DNA of 51,080 bases from Sediminibacterium sp. (lineage in GTDB: Bacteria; Bacteroidota; Bacteroidia; Chitinophagales; Chitinophagaceae). Shown here piece after piece: positions 10,324 to 21,072 of this stretch. Below the pieces are notes generated by a model. That model was not told where the DNA came from and made no database searches. It worked only from the letters and a program-made list of their open reading frames with translations. The stretch is from assembly GCA_044346275.1 (NCBI GenBank), contig JBIIZN010000001.1, positions 1-51,080 on the forward strand, given 5' to 3'. The translations under genes and the position numbers were made by a program. The stretch's first letter is position 1. Every line of letters starts with the position of its first letter.

Positions 10324-12885
10324 ATGAAAAAATGTTACTTTTTTGCCCTGCTTTTAACTATGGGCTTACAGTTTTTTAGTGGTCATTTAATTGCTCAGCA
10401 AGTAAGTCAAAATAATGGTGGTGTCATGTCTAGTGCTTCCATTTTGCAGTCTTTAAGAAAGTTACAAGTATTAGGTTCTGTGTTGTATATAGCAGCTCAC
10501 CCCGATGACGAAAACAATAGTTTTTTACCTTATTTGGCCAAAGAAAAAATGTATCGAACAGCTTATTTAAGTTTAACAAGAGGCGATGGTGGTCAAAATT
10601 TGATAGGTCCAGAGCAAGGAATAGAACTTGGCATGATACGTACCAAAGAATTATTGGCGGCAAGAGAAATAGATGGAGCCGAACAATATTTTACAAGTGC
10701 ATACGAATTTGGTTTTAGTAAAAGTATGGATGAGGCGCTTCAGGTATGGGACCGTAAAAAAGTTTTAGCAGACGCCGTTTGGGTAATTCGTAATTACAAG
10801 CCAGATGTAATTATTGCGCGCTTTCCTCCGGACGCGCGCGCAGGTCATGGTCATCACAGTGCTTCTGCACAAATTGCGAGAGAAGCATTTATAGCAGCAG
10901 CAGACCCCAGTCAATTTCCGGAGCAACTTACAAACGGTGTTACAATTTGGCAGGTAAAAAGGCTACTTTGGAATACGTTTAATTTTGGTGGTGCCAACAC
11001 AACAAGTAACGATCAATTTAAAATAGATGTAGGCGTTTATAATGCGCTTGAAGGAAAAAGTTATGGAGAAATTGGCGGTGAGGCGCGCAGTATGCATAAA
11101 AGCCAGGGCGAAGGAAGACCCCGCCGAAAGGGAGAAATACTTGAATATTTTACCACTATTTTAGGGGATGCGCCCACGCAAAGTTTATTAGATGGTGTAA
11201 CGCTCGATTGGACAAGGCTTGGGCAAAATGCAAGCGGTATTTCAGCCTCTATTGATGCTACCATTGCCGCATACAATCCCTTGCAGCCGGCACTATCACT
11301 ACCTTCTCTGGTTGGCATTTATAAACAAATTAAGGCACTTCCAGAATCGGTGTGGAAGTCTTATAAGTTACAAGCTGTGCAACAAATTATTGAAGCTGCA
11401 GCAGGATTATCTTTGGAAGCATTTACGGTTTCTGAAAAAGCCGTTCAAGGTGATACGGTTAGTTTTACTTGTGCTATTAATAAGAGATCTACTGCTAGTG
11501 TTACTTTAGAAAATATTGTTGTAACCAATCAATCATTTAACAAGCAGGTTGGACAACAATTGGTTCAAAATAAAAATTACAATTTCTCGGTAAGCTTAAT
11601 CCCGGTAATTACAAAAAATCAATTTCAACCCTACTGGTTACAAGATCCTAAAAAAACCGATGGTATGTTTGAAGTTTCAAATTACCAAGTGCTTGGAAAA
11701 GCATGGAATGAACCAACTTTATCTGTTCAGTTTAATTGTAGGATTGAAGGTGTTGTTTTTACAATGACCAGGCCTGTGCAGTATAAATATGTAGACCTTG
11801 TTAAAGGTGAATGTGTGCAGCCATTTATTCTTATTCCGCCTTATGAACTCGTTGTGAAGCCTACTGTGGTTTTAACAAATGTAGTTTCAGAAAAAGGAAA
11901 GAGGCGTCAAGCATCACCGCTGCAGCTTACTTTATTCTCAAATCAAGTAAAAAGGGGAGAAGCAAGTGTTGCATACAATATACTCGATCAAAGGCTTAGC
12001 AAGCAATTGTATCAAAAAACTGTTGATTCGGTTTTTAAAAATTCAAAAATAAACACCATTGAAGTGCCACTTGAAGCATTTTATAGTCAAGCTAAACCTA
12101 TAGCATCACTTCATGCCTCTGTTGCCATTACCAATAATACGGGAACGCAAACGTATGGTGAACGTGTTCAAAAAATATCTTACGATCATATACCTAATAC
12201 GCATTATTTAACCCAAGATCTTGTTAAATTAGTGGACGTACCAATTCGTGTAAAAGGCACTAGAATAGGGTATATTCCGGGTTCTGGTGATTTTACAGAA
12301 GAAGCGCTTGTGCAACTCGGCTACCGCGTAGAAAAAATTACAGCTGCTAATTGTACTGCCGAATATTTAGCCGGATTTGACGCAGTTGTTACAGGGGTAA
12401 GGGCTTATAATGTCAATGGATTTTTAAATGAGGGCTATCAAGTGTTACTTAAATATGTCGAGCAAGGTGGTAATTTAATTGTACAATACAACCGTACGGG
12501 AACAAATGGATTAGCACCCACAATAGGACCCTATTCATTTACAATTAGTGGCGGGTCAAGGGTCACCGAAGAAAATGCAGAAGTGGTTTTCGAGATTCCG
12601 TCGCATCCTGTTTTACAAACGCCTAATGTAATAACAGCCAGTGATTTTGAAGGTTGGATTCAGGAGCGAAGTACTTACCAGGCTACTGCAATAGATGCTC
12701 GTTATGCGGCACCACTATCGATGCATGACAAAAATGAAAAATCTTCTAATGGCTCATTAATTACCTGTTCATATGGCAAAGGTAATTTTGCTTATGTGAG
12801 CCTTGCACTTTTTAGACAACTTCCAGCCGGTGTTTCAGGCGCGTATAAATTATTAGCGAATCTAATTGCATTACCAAAACGATAA
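10324..12885 (+). CDS. Exported PIG-L/LmbE-family deacetylase, large multidomain form
   Basis: Signal peptide (LIA/Q), AHPDDE metal motif, TRGDGGQN, GHGHH; C-terminal GATase-like/ThuA-like domain (YVEQGGNLIVQY). Confidence 0.88.
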   Translation: MKKCYFFALLLTMGLQFFSGHLIAQQVSQNNGGVMSSASILQSLRKLQVLGSVLYIAAHPDDENNSFLPYLAKEKMYRTAYLSLTRGDGGQNLIGPEQGIELGMIRTKELLAAREIDGAEQYFTSAYEFGFSKSMDEALQVWDRKKVLADAVWVIRNYKPDVIIARFPPDARAGHGHHSASAQIAREAFIAAADPSQFPEQLTNGVTIWQVKRLLWNTFNFGGANTTSNDQFKIDVGVYNALEGKSYGEIGGEARSMHKSQGEGRPRRKGEILEYFTTILGDAPTQSLLDGVTLDWTRLGQNASGISASIDATIAAYNPLQPALSLPSLVGIYKQIKALPESVWKSYKLQAVQQIIEAAAGLSLEAFTVSEKAVQGDTVSFTCAINKRSTASVTLENIVVTNQSFNKQVGQQLVQNKNYNFSVSLIPVITKNQFQPYWLQDPKKTDGMFEVSNYQVLGKAWNEPTLSVQFNCRIEGVVFTMTRPVQYKYVDLVKGECVQPFILIPPYELVVKPTVVLTNVVSEKGKRRQASPLQLTLFSNQVKRGEASVAYNILDQRLSKQLYQKTVDSVFKNSKINTIEVPLEAFYSQAKPIASLHASVAITNNTGTQTYGERVQKISYDHIPNTHYLTQDLVKLVDVPIRVKGTRIGYIPGSGDFTEEALVQLGYRVEKITAANCTAEYLAGFDAVVTGVRAYNVNGFLNEGYQVLLKYVEQGGNLIVQYNRTGTNGLAPTIGPYSFTISGGSRVTEENAEVVFEIPSHPVLQTPNVITASDFEGWIQERSTYQATAIDARYAAPLSMHDKNEKSSNGSLITCSYGKGNFAYVSLALFRQLPAGVSGAYKLLANLIALPKR

Positions 12886-12889
12886 TTGT

Positions 12890-14611
12890 ATGTCATTGAT
12901 TGATTGGGTTGTTTTGGTGGTTACGTTTGTACTTATTATTTCATATGGTTTGTATAAAAGTAATGCTACAAAAAATTTGGAAGGTTATTTTTTAAGTAAC
13001 CGTTCTATGCCATGGTATTTGGTACTACTGGGAATTATGGGAACACAAGCCAGTGCTATTACTTTTTTATCGGCACCCGGTCAGGCATACACTGATGGTA
13101 TGCGTTTTGTGCAATATTATTTTGGCCTACCGCTTGCTATGATCGTTATTGTGGTGTGGTTTGTGCCGGTGTTTAGTAAGTTAAAAATATTTACTGCCTA
13201 CGAATTTTTAGAGCAGCGCTTTGATTTAAAAACCAGAACCTTTACTTCTTTTTTATTTTTATTATCACGCGGTTTATCTACTGGTATTAGTATTTATGCG
13301 CCTTCTATTATTTTGTCGTCACTACTTGGATGGGATATTTATTGGACCAATATTGCGATGGGCGGTATGCTTACTTTATACACAGTGAGTGGTGGGTCCA
13401 AGGCTGTTGCTTATACCCAGCAGTTGCAATTTGTGATCATATTTATTGGGATGGTGGTGTCAGGGTATTATTTGGTGCATTTGCTTCCAGATGGTCTCGG
13501 ATTTTCTGATGCATTAAAAGTAGGTGAGGTATCCGGCAAATTAAATGTAATTACAACAGGCAATACGGGTAGTGGATTTGATTTTAAAGACCGCTATAAT
13601 ATTATTAGTGGAACTATAGGTGGCTTTTTTTTAGCACTCTCTTATTTTGGTACCGACCAGTCGCAAGTAGGTAGGTATATCACTGCAAAAAATGACAAAG
13701 AAAGTAAATTAGGGCTATTGTTAAATGGTGTTGTAAAAATACCTATGCAGTTTTTAATATTATTACTAGGTGTTTTATTATTTACATTTTATCAATTTAA
13801 AGAGTCTCCTATATTTTTTAATAGAACCGTTGAAACCAAAGCTTGGTCTACACCATACAAAGATTCATTGGCTGTGATTCAAGATCAGTTTAAAACTGCG
13901 CAGGCTACGCAATTAGAACTCAATACAGCACTTTTACAAACTAAAAACGCAGATACTGCGTTAGAAAATAAAATTCAACAAGGCGCTGCTTCATTAACGG
14001 CATTACAAAAAAAATATAAAAATGTAATTGCAACTGCTTTGCCAGGTGCAGATGTTAATGATACCAACTATATTTTTTTACGTTTTGTAGTAGACTATTT
14101 GCCCGTAGGGCTCGTGGGGTTATTAATAGCTGTAATTTTTTTAGCAGCATGGGGGTCTATTGCAGCTGCGCTCAATGCGCTCGCCTCTTGCACTGTTATA
14201 GATTTTCATTTGCGGTTCCGTTCAAAATCAATTGATGGAACAACGCTTGCCCAATCTGCCACAGATTATAAAACGTCTAAATGGTATACCTTGGCTTGGG
14301 GAGTTTTTTGTATTTTAACGGCACAATTTGCGACAGGTATGGGGAGCTTGATTGAAGCAGTTAACGTGCTCGGCTCTTTATTTTATGGCGTTATTTTAGG
14401 TATTTTTTTAGTGGCATTTTATGCAAAAAAAGTGGGTGGTACGGCTGTATTTTGGGCCGCTATTGTAGGCGAGTTATTTGTTATTGTATGTTTTTGTTTG
14501 GATAAATACAATATTGTTGGTATTGGATTTTTATGGCTTAATGTAATTGGTGCTGTGTTTGTATTTCTTTTAGCAGTTTTGATTTCTAAATTTAGACCGG
14601 ATGTCATTTAA
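12890..14611 (+). CDS. Sodium:solute symporter (SSS family)
   Basis: YFLSNRSMPW, SAITFLSAPG, AYEFLEQRF, GTDQSQVGRY, many TM helices; start set at the ATG of MSLIDW. Confidence 0.92.
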   Translation: MSLIDWVVLVVTFVLIISYGLYKSNATKNLEGYFLSNRSMPWYLVLLGIMGTQASAITFLSAPGQAYTDGMRFVQYYFGLPLAMIVIVVWFVPVFSKLKIFTAYEFLEQRFDLKTRTFTSFLFLLSRGLSTGISIYAPSIILSSLLGWDIYWTNIAMGGMLTLYTVSGGSKAVAYTQQLQFVIIFIGMVVSGYYLVHLLPDGLGFSDALKVGEVSGKLNVITTGNTGSGFDFKDRYNIISGTIGGFFLALSYFGTDQSQVGRYITAKNDKESKLGLLLNGVVKIPMQFLILLLGVLLFTFYQFKESPIFFNRTVETKAWSTPYKDSLAVIQDQFKTAQATQLELNTALLQTKNADTALENKIQQGAASLTALQKKYKNVIATALPGADVNDTNYIFLRFVVDYLPVGLVGLLIAVIFLAAWGSIAAALNALASCTVIDFHLRFRSKSIDGTTLAQSATDYKTSKWYTLAWGVFCILTAQFATGMGSLIEAVNVLGSLFYGVILGIFLVAFYAKKVGGTAVFWAAIVGELFVIVCFCLDKYNIVGIGFLWLNVIGAVFVFLLAVLISKFRPDVI

Positions 14612-15875
14612 CACTGTTTCTTGGGCACTCCGAGCAAATATTTACGAGGTAAATGTGAGGCAGTACACCAAAGAGGGAACCCTCGTTTCATTTGCAGCGC
14701 ATCTTCCAAGACTGGCAGATATGGGCGTTACTATTTTATGGTTTATGCCAATTACAACCATAAGTTTGAAAGGGAGGCTAGGTACTTTAGGCAGTTATTA
14801 TGCCTGCAGTGATTACACTTCTATTAATAGTGAGTTTGGAACTGAACAAGATTTTATAGCAGTTGTGCATGCGGCGCATGAACTTGGTATGAAAGTAATT
14901 ATTGATTGGGTGGCTAATCATACCGGTCAGGATCATGTTTGGACTAGATCAAATCCAAACTTTTACATACTAGACGATCAACAAAATTTTACAGAAAGAA
15001 ATGGATGGAAAGATGTTATCGATTTAAACTATGATAATCAGGATATGCGGGCCGCTATGATTGATGCGATGCGGTACTGGGTAGATACGGCAGCTATCGA
15101 TGGTTTTAGATGTGATATGGCGCATTTGGTGCCGCTTGATTTTTGGATAGAGGCAAGGCAAGCACTTGATGCAGTTAAGCCCCTGTATTGGTTAGCAGAG
15201 TGCGAAGACACGCGTTATTTTGAAGCATTTGATACCACCTATGCATGGGCGTTTATGCATGCAAGTGGATCCCTTAATAGGCATGAGCCAAATTTAAATC
15301 CGGTATTGGAACAACTTGAACTCTATGAAAGCGAAGGATCAAATACCCAAAAGTTATTTTTTACTTCCAACCACGACGAAAATAGTTGGAACGGAACAGA
15401 GTATGAAAAATATGGCGTAACAGCTAAAGCATGGGCTGTTTTTACATCAACTTGGGGTGGCTTGCCACTTGTATATAGTGGCCAGGAAATTCCCAACCAT
15501 AAGCGTTTGTCATTTTTTGAAAAAGATGAACTGGATTGGTCACTGCAAACAAAACAACCAATATTACATGCATTTTATAAGGCTCTTTTTAGTCTTCGTT
15601 CACAAAACGAAGCCGTTGTATTTGGGCAAAATCAAATGCTTCAAACACCTTATCCTAATAGCATTATAGCCTTTATAAAAAAGCACCAAAACGATGTTGT
15701 TTTGGTGCTTCTCAATATTTCGGACCATAACCGGTTGGCCTTTGAAATTCGCAATCCCTTGCTATGTGGTACTTTCAAACAAATATTTTCGGGCCTTTTA
15801 TTTTCATTTTCTGGGAAAGAAAAATTTGAACTTCAGGCCGGTGAGTATCTGGTGTACCAGCTTATTCCTCACTAA
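14601..15875 (+). CDS. GH13 alpha-amylase-family glycosidase, cytoplasmic
   Basis: Conserved GH13 regions DWVANH, GFRCDMA (nucleophile), WLAE (acid/base), SNHDE; no signal peptide. Confidence 0.92.
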   Translation: MSFNTVSWALRANIYEVNVRQYTKEGTLVSFAAHLPRLADMGVTILWFMPITTISLKGRLGTLGSYYACSDYTSINSEFGTEQDFIAVVHAAHELGMKVIIDWVANHTGQDHVWTRSNPNFYILDDQQNFTERNGWKDVIDLNYDNQDMRAAMIDAMRYWVDTAAIDGFRCDMAHLVPLDFWIEARQALDAVKPLYWLAECEDTRYFEAFDTTYAWAFMHASGSLNRHEPNLNPVLEQLELYESEGSNTQKLFFTSNHDENSWNGTEYEKYGVTAKAWAVFTSTWGGLPLVYSGQEIPNHKRLSFFEKDELDWSLQTKQPILHAFYKALFSLRSQNEAVVFGQNQMLQTPYPNSIIAFIKKHQNDVVLVLLNISDHNRLAFEIRNPLLCGTFKQIFSGLLFSFSGKEKFELQAGEYLVYQLIPH

Positions 15876-17385
15876 GGTTTAGCGGGTAGGTATAGCTTCC
15901 TTCAAATCCAGGATAAAATCCTTCAAGTCTTATAACCCCAGACTTTATTTTAGCTAATATTTCTTTTAGTTCTTCTAGGCTATTTACTTCAGTACCGTTT
16001 ACGCTGATAATTACAAAACCATCCTGCATTCTACTTTTTTTAAGTAATCCATCGCCAACTTTTTTAACAACAACACCACCTTCAACTTCATTGGCTGCTG
16101 CTACTTTTTTATCTAAATTTTCAAATGTGCCACCTAATTTTTCAAGGATAGAAGTATTTTTTACGATATCGGTATTACCAACTTTGTTTTTTAAAGTAAG
16201 TGTTACGGTATTTTCTTTTCCAGCTCTCTTGTAAGTAATGGCCACTTTATCTCCTGGTTTATGTTTGGCTACTTGTTCTTGTAGTTCTGGGCCAGAAGTG
16301 ATGTTTACGCCATCAATTTTTGTGATAATATCATATTTTTTAATTCCTGCAATGGCTGCAGCGCCGTTTGCTGGAACATCTGTTACAAAAACACCTTCGC
16401 CTTCTTTTATGCTAATGCCAAACTCTTTTTCGTACGCAATTTTTTGTTCGTCTGAAAGATTTTCAGGTAAAAAGTTGATACCGATATATGCACGTTGAAC
16501 AGTTCCAAATTTCACAATATCGGTCACCACTTTTTTTACAATGTTAACAGGAATTGCATACGAGTATCCTGCATATGAACCAGTAGGAGATGCTATTGCA
16601 GAGTTAATGCCAATAAGTTCACCATTAGTATTTACGAGCGCTCCACCACTATTGCCGGGGTTAACAGCAGCGTCTGTTTGAATAAAGGCTTCTACAGGCC
16701 TATCGCTTTGTTTTCTATTGATATCGATAGATCTTGATTTAGCACTAATAATACCAGCTGTTACAGTAGCGTCTAAACTTAATGGATAGCCAACTGCTAA
16801 AACCCACTGACCTAATTTAGCTTCATCACTATTACCATAAATTAAATAAGGTAGTCCCTTTGCTTCAATTTTTATGACAGCAATATCGGTACTAGGGTCT
16901 GCGCCAATTAGGGTAGCCTTATAAGATTTTTTATTACCGAGCGTTACGTTTATTTCATCGGAACCATCAATCACGTGGTTGTTGGTTACAATGTATCCGT
17001 CCTCTGTAATAATAACACCGCTACCGCTTGCGCGCTGTTCGGGCATTATGCGAGGACCACCACCAAAAACATCGCCAAAGTCTTCGCCAAAGAAATCAGA
17101 AAATGGATTTCTTTGACGTGAACCGCCACTAATTTGTTTTTCTTTAGTTTTTGTTTTGATATGTACTACGGCTGGAACCGCAGTTGTAGCGGCTGGGGTA
17201 AAATCTACAGCAACACCTGCTGTGTTATTGTTTTTAAATCCAGCATAGTTGAAAGGTAATTTGCCCGGGTCCTGAAAGCCTGCTTGTTGGTATGCATTAA
17301 ATTTACTTATTCCCCAAACACTTACAATCGCAGTTGTGGCGCTTATGGCTACCATTGTGGCCACTGTTTTGAAATTAATATTCAT
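15862..17385 (-). CDS. degP: HtrA/DegP serine protease with two PDZ domains
   Basis: GSGVII, TNNHV, DIAVIK, QTDAAVNPGNSGG; start set at MNINF (alternative 17418). Confidence 0.92.
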   Translation of the reverse strand: MNINFKTVATMVAISATTAIVSVWGISKFNAYQQAGFQDPGKLPFNYAGFKNNNTAGVAVDFTPAATTAVPAVVHIKTKTKEKQISGGSRQRNPFSDFFGEDFGDVFGGGPRIMPEQRASGSGVIITEDGYIVTNNHVIDGSDEINVTLGNKKSYKATLIGADPSTDIAVIKIEAKGLPYLIYGNSDEAKLGQWVLAVGYPLSLDATVTAGIISAKSRSIDINRKQSDRPVEAFIQTDAAVNPGNSGGALVNTNGELIGINSAIASPTGSYAGYSYAIPVNIVKKVVTDIVKFGTVQRAYIGINFLPENLSDEQKIAYEKEFGISIKEGEGVFVTDVPANGAAAIAGIKKYDIITKIDGVNITSGPELQEQVAKHKPGDKVAITYKRAGKENTVTLTLKNKVGNTDIVKNTSILEKLGGTFENLDKKVAAANEVEGGVVVKKVGDGLLKKSRMQDGFVIISVNGTEVNSLEELKEILAKIKSGVIRLEGFYPGFEGSYTYPLNLSEE

Positions 17386-17500
17386 CTTAACATTTTTAAA
17401 AGGTTCTACAAAATACATGCCTTTGCGTTACAAATAAACAAAGCTGCAAATTTGTCTGTATGCCGTCTGTCTTATTTAACAAATTTTTTACGCCAAGGTT

Positions 17501-18496
17501 TTACAAGGTACCCAAAAATGCCATGGTGTCTGTGCCATCAGCATAGTCTGTTAAAGAAGGGGATTGTGCCTTCCCAAAAGGTATATAATGATGACCCACA
17601 ATACATTGTATATCAGCGTTTTGAGCTAAATGACCCAACGTGTCAGTTTTGTTGTAATACTGATAATGTACCTGACTAACCGGTGAAAATGGGCTTTCAT
17701 TTTCTGTAAAAACAAGCGAGTCATTATTCATATAATATTTATTCCCCATAATTAATAGCGCCAAATGGTAGTCATAATTGTGTTTGTACTTATGAAAATC
17801 AAGGTAGTATTCATATTTTTTTAGGACAGATAAAAGCGGAATAAAATCATAATTTTCTGGTACATATAACTGTGTAACATTTCGGCAGCCAAGTCCAAAA
17901 TAAGTTTGCATGTCATCTGCTAATAAGTCAAGCTCTGCGGCGGTTTCTGTACCATCAATAACTGCCACCGATGTTCTATTACGTCTAATAATATTTGGAA
18001 ATTTTCCAAAGTAATAATCAAAATACCGGCTACTATTATTACTTCCTGTTGCAATATATGCGTCGAGTCCAGCAAGTTGAGGTGCAAAAAATACCATTGC
18101 TGAAACTCGTGGGTCCAATTTTATAAGTTCCGAAACAATATGTTTGATTAAAATTTCATCCTTAGAAGAGGGCTTTATTACAGCGGTATGTCCCGAAATA
18201 AACACCGATAAAAAATCGTGAAAACCTACTAATGGGATATTGCCGGCCATTACCAAACCCACTTTTTTAGGCTGGTTTTGCTGGGCCGGAACCCCATATT
18301 TTGCAGCCCAATTTGATAATAGTTGCGGGTCCAAAAAGCTATCGATAATCGAATTCACGGCTTTTTCTATGAATTCGGGGGCAAACCAGGGGTTCTCACG
18401 GGCTGCTCTTTCCTTCGCTGCGGCCCATGCTGGCTCATTTCCGGCCATATAGGCACTTAATTTGTTAAGTATTTGAATTCGTTCTTGTAAAATCAT
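17501..18496 (-). CDS. Acyl-CoA reductase (LuxC-like/ALDH-fold), Bacteroidota type
   Basis: [33 protein letters not shown] (catalytic Cys); start set at MILQER. Confidence 0.85.
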   Translation of the reverse strand: MILQERIQILNKLSAYMAGNEPAWAAAKERAARENPWFAPEFIEKAVNSIIDSFLDPQLLSNWAAKYGVPAQQNQPKKVGLVMAGNIPLVGFHDFLSVFISGHTAVIKPSSKDEILIKHIVSELIKLDPRVSAMVFFAPQLAGLDAYIATGSNNSSRYFDYYFGKFPNIIRRNRTSVAVIDGTETAAELDLLADDMQTYFGLGCRNVTQLYVPENYDFIPLLSVLKKYEYYLDFHKYKHNYDYHLALLIMGNKYYMNNDSLVFTENESPFSPVSQVHYQYYNKTDTLGHLAQNADIQCIVGHHYIPFGKAQSPSLTDYADGTDTMAFLGTL

Positions 18497-18558
18497 TTGT
18501 CGGCCGTATTTTTGATACTGCAAATGTAAATTCAGTAACCCAAACAAAACCATTTAAT

Positions 18559-18906
18559 ATGGCTATTAAAATTACAGACGAATGTATCAACTGCGGGGCA
18601 TGTGAACCCGAGTGTCCAAATAACGCAATTTACGAAGGTGGGGTAGAGTGGGCAATCGCCGATGGAACTTCTGTAAAAGGCAGTTTTACATTAATGGATG
18701 GATCTGACGTTGCTACAGATACAAGACTTGCTCCTATCAGTGTAGATACCTACTATATTACGCCAAATAAATGTACCGAGTGTCAAGGTTTCCATGAAGA
18801 ACCACAATGTGCTGCGGTATGTCCTGTAGATTGTTGTGTACCAGATGAGTTATACAAAGAAACCGTAGAAGAATTGCTTGCTAAAAAAGATAAGCTACAC
18901 CTCTAA
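18559..18906 (+). CDS. 2x[4Fe-4S] ferredoxin (YfhL-like) with an internal insertion
   Basis: [12 protein letters not shown] and [21 protein letters not shown]. Confidence 0.93.
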   Translation: MAIKITDECINCGACEPECPNNAIYEGGVEWAIADGTSVKGSFTLMDGSDVATDTRLAPISVDTYYITPNKCTECQGFHEEPQCAAVCPVDCCVPDELYKETVEELLAKKDKLHL

Positions 18907-18930
18907 TTTTCTTTCAACACAAAAGGGTTT

Positions 18931-19911
18931 ATGAAAAAAAAAGTAGCACTTGTTACCGGTGGATTAAGTGGGGAAGCGCAAATTAGTTATAAGAGTGCTG
19001 TAACCGTAAATAGTAATTTAGACCGAAATAAATTTGAGGTCTACCAAATAGATATCAACCCGTCAGGGTGGTGGTATACGCCAGAAAATAGCGCGCCTCA
19101 AAAAGTAAATAGAGATGATTTTTCTATTACGGATGGTGGCAAAAAAATTAATTTTGATGTGGTGCTTTTATGTATTCATGGAACGCCCGGTGAAGATGGA
19201 AAATTACAAGGCTACTTTGATATGTTAGGCCTCCCTTATACCAGTTGTGATGCGGCTACCTCTGCACTAACTTTTAACAAACGTTATACCGTTGCAGTGG
19301 CAGCATTTGGTGGCATATCAGTGGCTAACTCCATGCATTTATTTAAGCATACACCGGTTTCGCCAGAAAATATATTAGCCAAATTACAACTACCTGTTTT
19401 TGTAAAACCAAATAACGGTGGAAGTAGTATTGGTATGAGTAAGGTTACTACTGCTGATGCACTGACGCCTGCACTAGAAAAGGCTTTTAAAGAAGATACA
19501 CAGGTACTCGTAGAAGAATTTATTAGTGGTAGAGAATTTACTATTGGTGTTTTTAAAACCAAGGGAGCTTTGCAAGTTTTACCGATTACTGAAATTGAAA
19601 CATCCAACGAATTTTTTGATTTTGAAGCCAAATATCAGGGTAAGAGTGTTGAAACAACACCTGCTAAGATTAATGCTATTATGCAAGAACAATTAGAGGC
19701 TGCTGCAAAACGTGTGTATGAAGTTTTAAATTGCAGGGGTGTGGTGCGTGTCGATTTTATTTACAATGAACAAAAGGGCTTGCCTTATATGTTAGAGGTA
19801 AATACAGTGCCCGGACAATCTGCGGCTAGTGTTATTCCACAACAAGTAAAAGCAATGGGTCTTAGTTTACAAGATTTTTATACTTCAATAATAGAAGCTT
19901 CGCTTAATTAA
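18931..19911 (+). CDS. ddl: D-alanine--D-alanine ligase
   Basis: GGLSGEAQIS, HGTPGEDG, KPNNGGSSIG, FFDFEAKY, LEVNTVPG. Confidence 0.96.
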   Translation: MKKKVALVTGGLSGEAQISYKSAVTVNSNLDRNKFEVYQIDINPSGWWYTPENSAPQKVNRDDFSITDGGKKINFDVVLLCIHGTPGEDGKLQGYFDMLGLPYTSCDAATSALTFNKRYTVAVAAFGGISVANSMHLFKHTPVSPENILAKLQLPVFVKPNNGGSSIGMSKVTTADALTPALEKAFKEDTQVLVEEFISGREFTIGVFKTKGALQVLPITEIETSNEFFDFEAKYQGKSVETTPAKINAIMQEQLEAAAKRVYEVLNCRGVVRVDFIYNEQKGLPYMLEVNTVPGQSAASVIPQQVKAMGLSLQDFYTSIIEASLN

Positions 19912-19918
19912 ATAGTAT

Positions 19919-20758
19919 ATGAAAAACCTAGTACAAAAAATAGTACAAAAGCCGCTTTGGCAAAACATTCTAATTGGAATAGGGTTTCTCTTTATTTTAT
20001 TCATTTTATTTTTTTTATCACTTGGTTGGATTACAGGTTATGGAAAAACAGCTAAAGTTTCTTCGGTAGTAGGCCAAAGTTATATTGCCGCTCAGCAGCA
20101 ATTAGAAAAGGAAGGATTTGAAGTGGTAATACTTGATTCAATTTATGTTGACAGTATTGCCAAACTTGCTGTTATCAGACAAACTCCAGAAGCGGATGAA
20201 ATTGTTAAAGCAGGCAGAACCATTTATTTGACTATTAACCGAATGGTGCCTCCGAAAGTAGAAATGCCATCGCTTGTCGGATTTTCCTTAAAAAGTGCTG
20301 AGCTTTATTTGCAAAGTTTACAACTTAAACTGGGCACAATAACATATAAGCCAGATTTTGCTCGAAATGCAGTTTTGGATCAATTGTATAATGGTGTATC
20401 TATTGCTCAGGGCGTAAAAATACCCCTTGGTTCCACCATAAATTTGGTTATTGGAACCGGGTTGGGTGGAGAAGAGACAGATATGCCAAACCTAGTTGGG
20501 CTAACTTATCCTGAAGCATTAAACCAACTATCATTACAGGGTATCAATATTGGCTCTGTTTTATCTTTAGAAACCATAAAAGATTCAGCTGCATCTTTTA
20601 TCTATAGACAAACGCCTAGCTATTTGTCTACTAGATTGGACTCGCTAACTGGAATGCCAATTCCAAATAAAATTAGACAAGGGCAGTTGGTTGATTTGTA
20701 TTTAAGTACGACCCCGCCTCCTAAAGATTCAATTCCTAGTCCATCCATTAAAAATTAA
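19919..20758 (+). CDS. PASTA domain-containing membrane-anchored protein
   Basis: N-terminal TM helix then three repeats starting V/MP(S/N)LVG-like; next to ddl. Confidence 0.85.
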   Translation: MKNLVQKIVQKPLWQNILIGIGFLFILFILFFLSLGWITGYGKTAKVSSVVGQSYIAAQQQLEKEGFEVVILDSIYVDSIAKLAVIRQTPEADEIVKAGRTIYLTINRMVPPKVEMPSLVGFSLKSAELYLQSLQLKLGTITYKPDFARNAVLDQLYNGVSIAQGVKIPLGSTINLVIGTGLGGEETDMPNLVGLTYPEALNQLSLQGINIGSVLSLETIKDSAASFIYRQTPSYLSTRLDSLTGMPIPNKIRQGQLVDLYLSTTPPPKDSIPSPSIKN

Positions 20759-20769
20759 ATCATTACTAT

Positions 20770-21072
20770 ATGCAAACAATTACCGTAGAAGCACTTAAAG
20801 AAATACTTGACGCTGGTGAAAAAATTAATTTAGTGGATGTGCGTGAGCCACACGAGCATACCGAATTTAATATTGGTGGATTGTTATTGCCGCTAGGTCA
20901 TATTCAAAGCATGCAAATTGACGAAATAGAAGACCTTAAAAATAAAAAAGTTTACTTCTATTGCAGAAGTGGAAATAGAAGTGGGCAAGCATGCTTACTG
21001 CTAGAAACCATGGGCTTTACAGACGTGGTAAACGTAACAGGCGGCATGCTTGCTTGGAAAGAAAAATGCTAG
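20770..21072 (+). CDS. Single-domain rhodanese-like sulfurtransferase
   Basis: DVREPHE, YCRSGNRS, GGMLAW. Confidence 0.92.
   Translation: MQTITVEALKEILDAGEKINLVDVREPHEHTEFNIGGLLLPLGHIQSMQIDEIEDLKNKKVYFYCRSGNRSGQACLLLETMGFTDVVNVTGGMLAWKEKC

Noticed and set aside
17501-18496. Bioluminescence (lux) system
   Set aside because: Only a LuxC-like reductase; no luxA/B/D/E in the window
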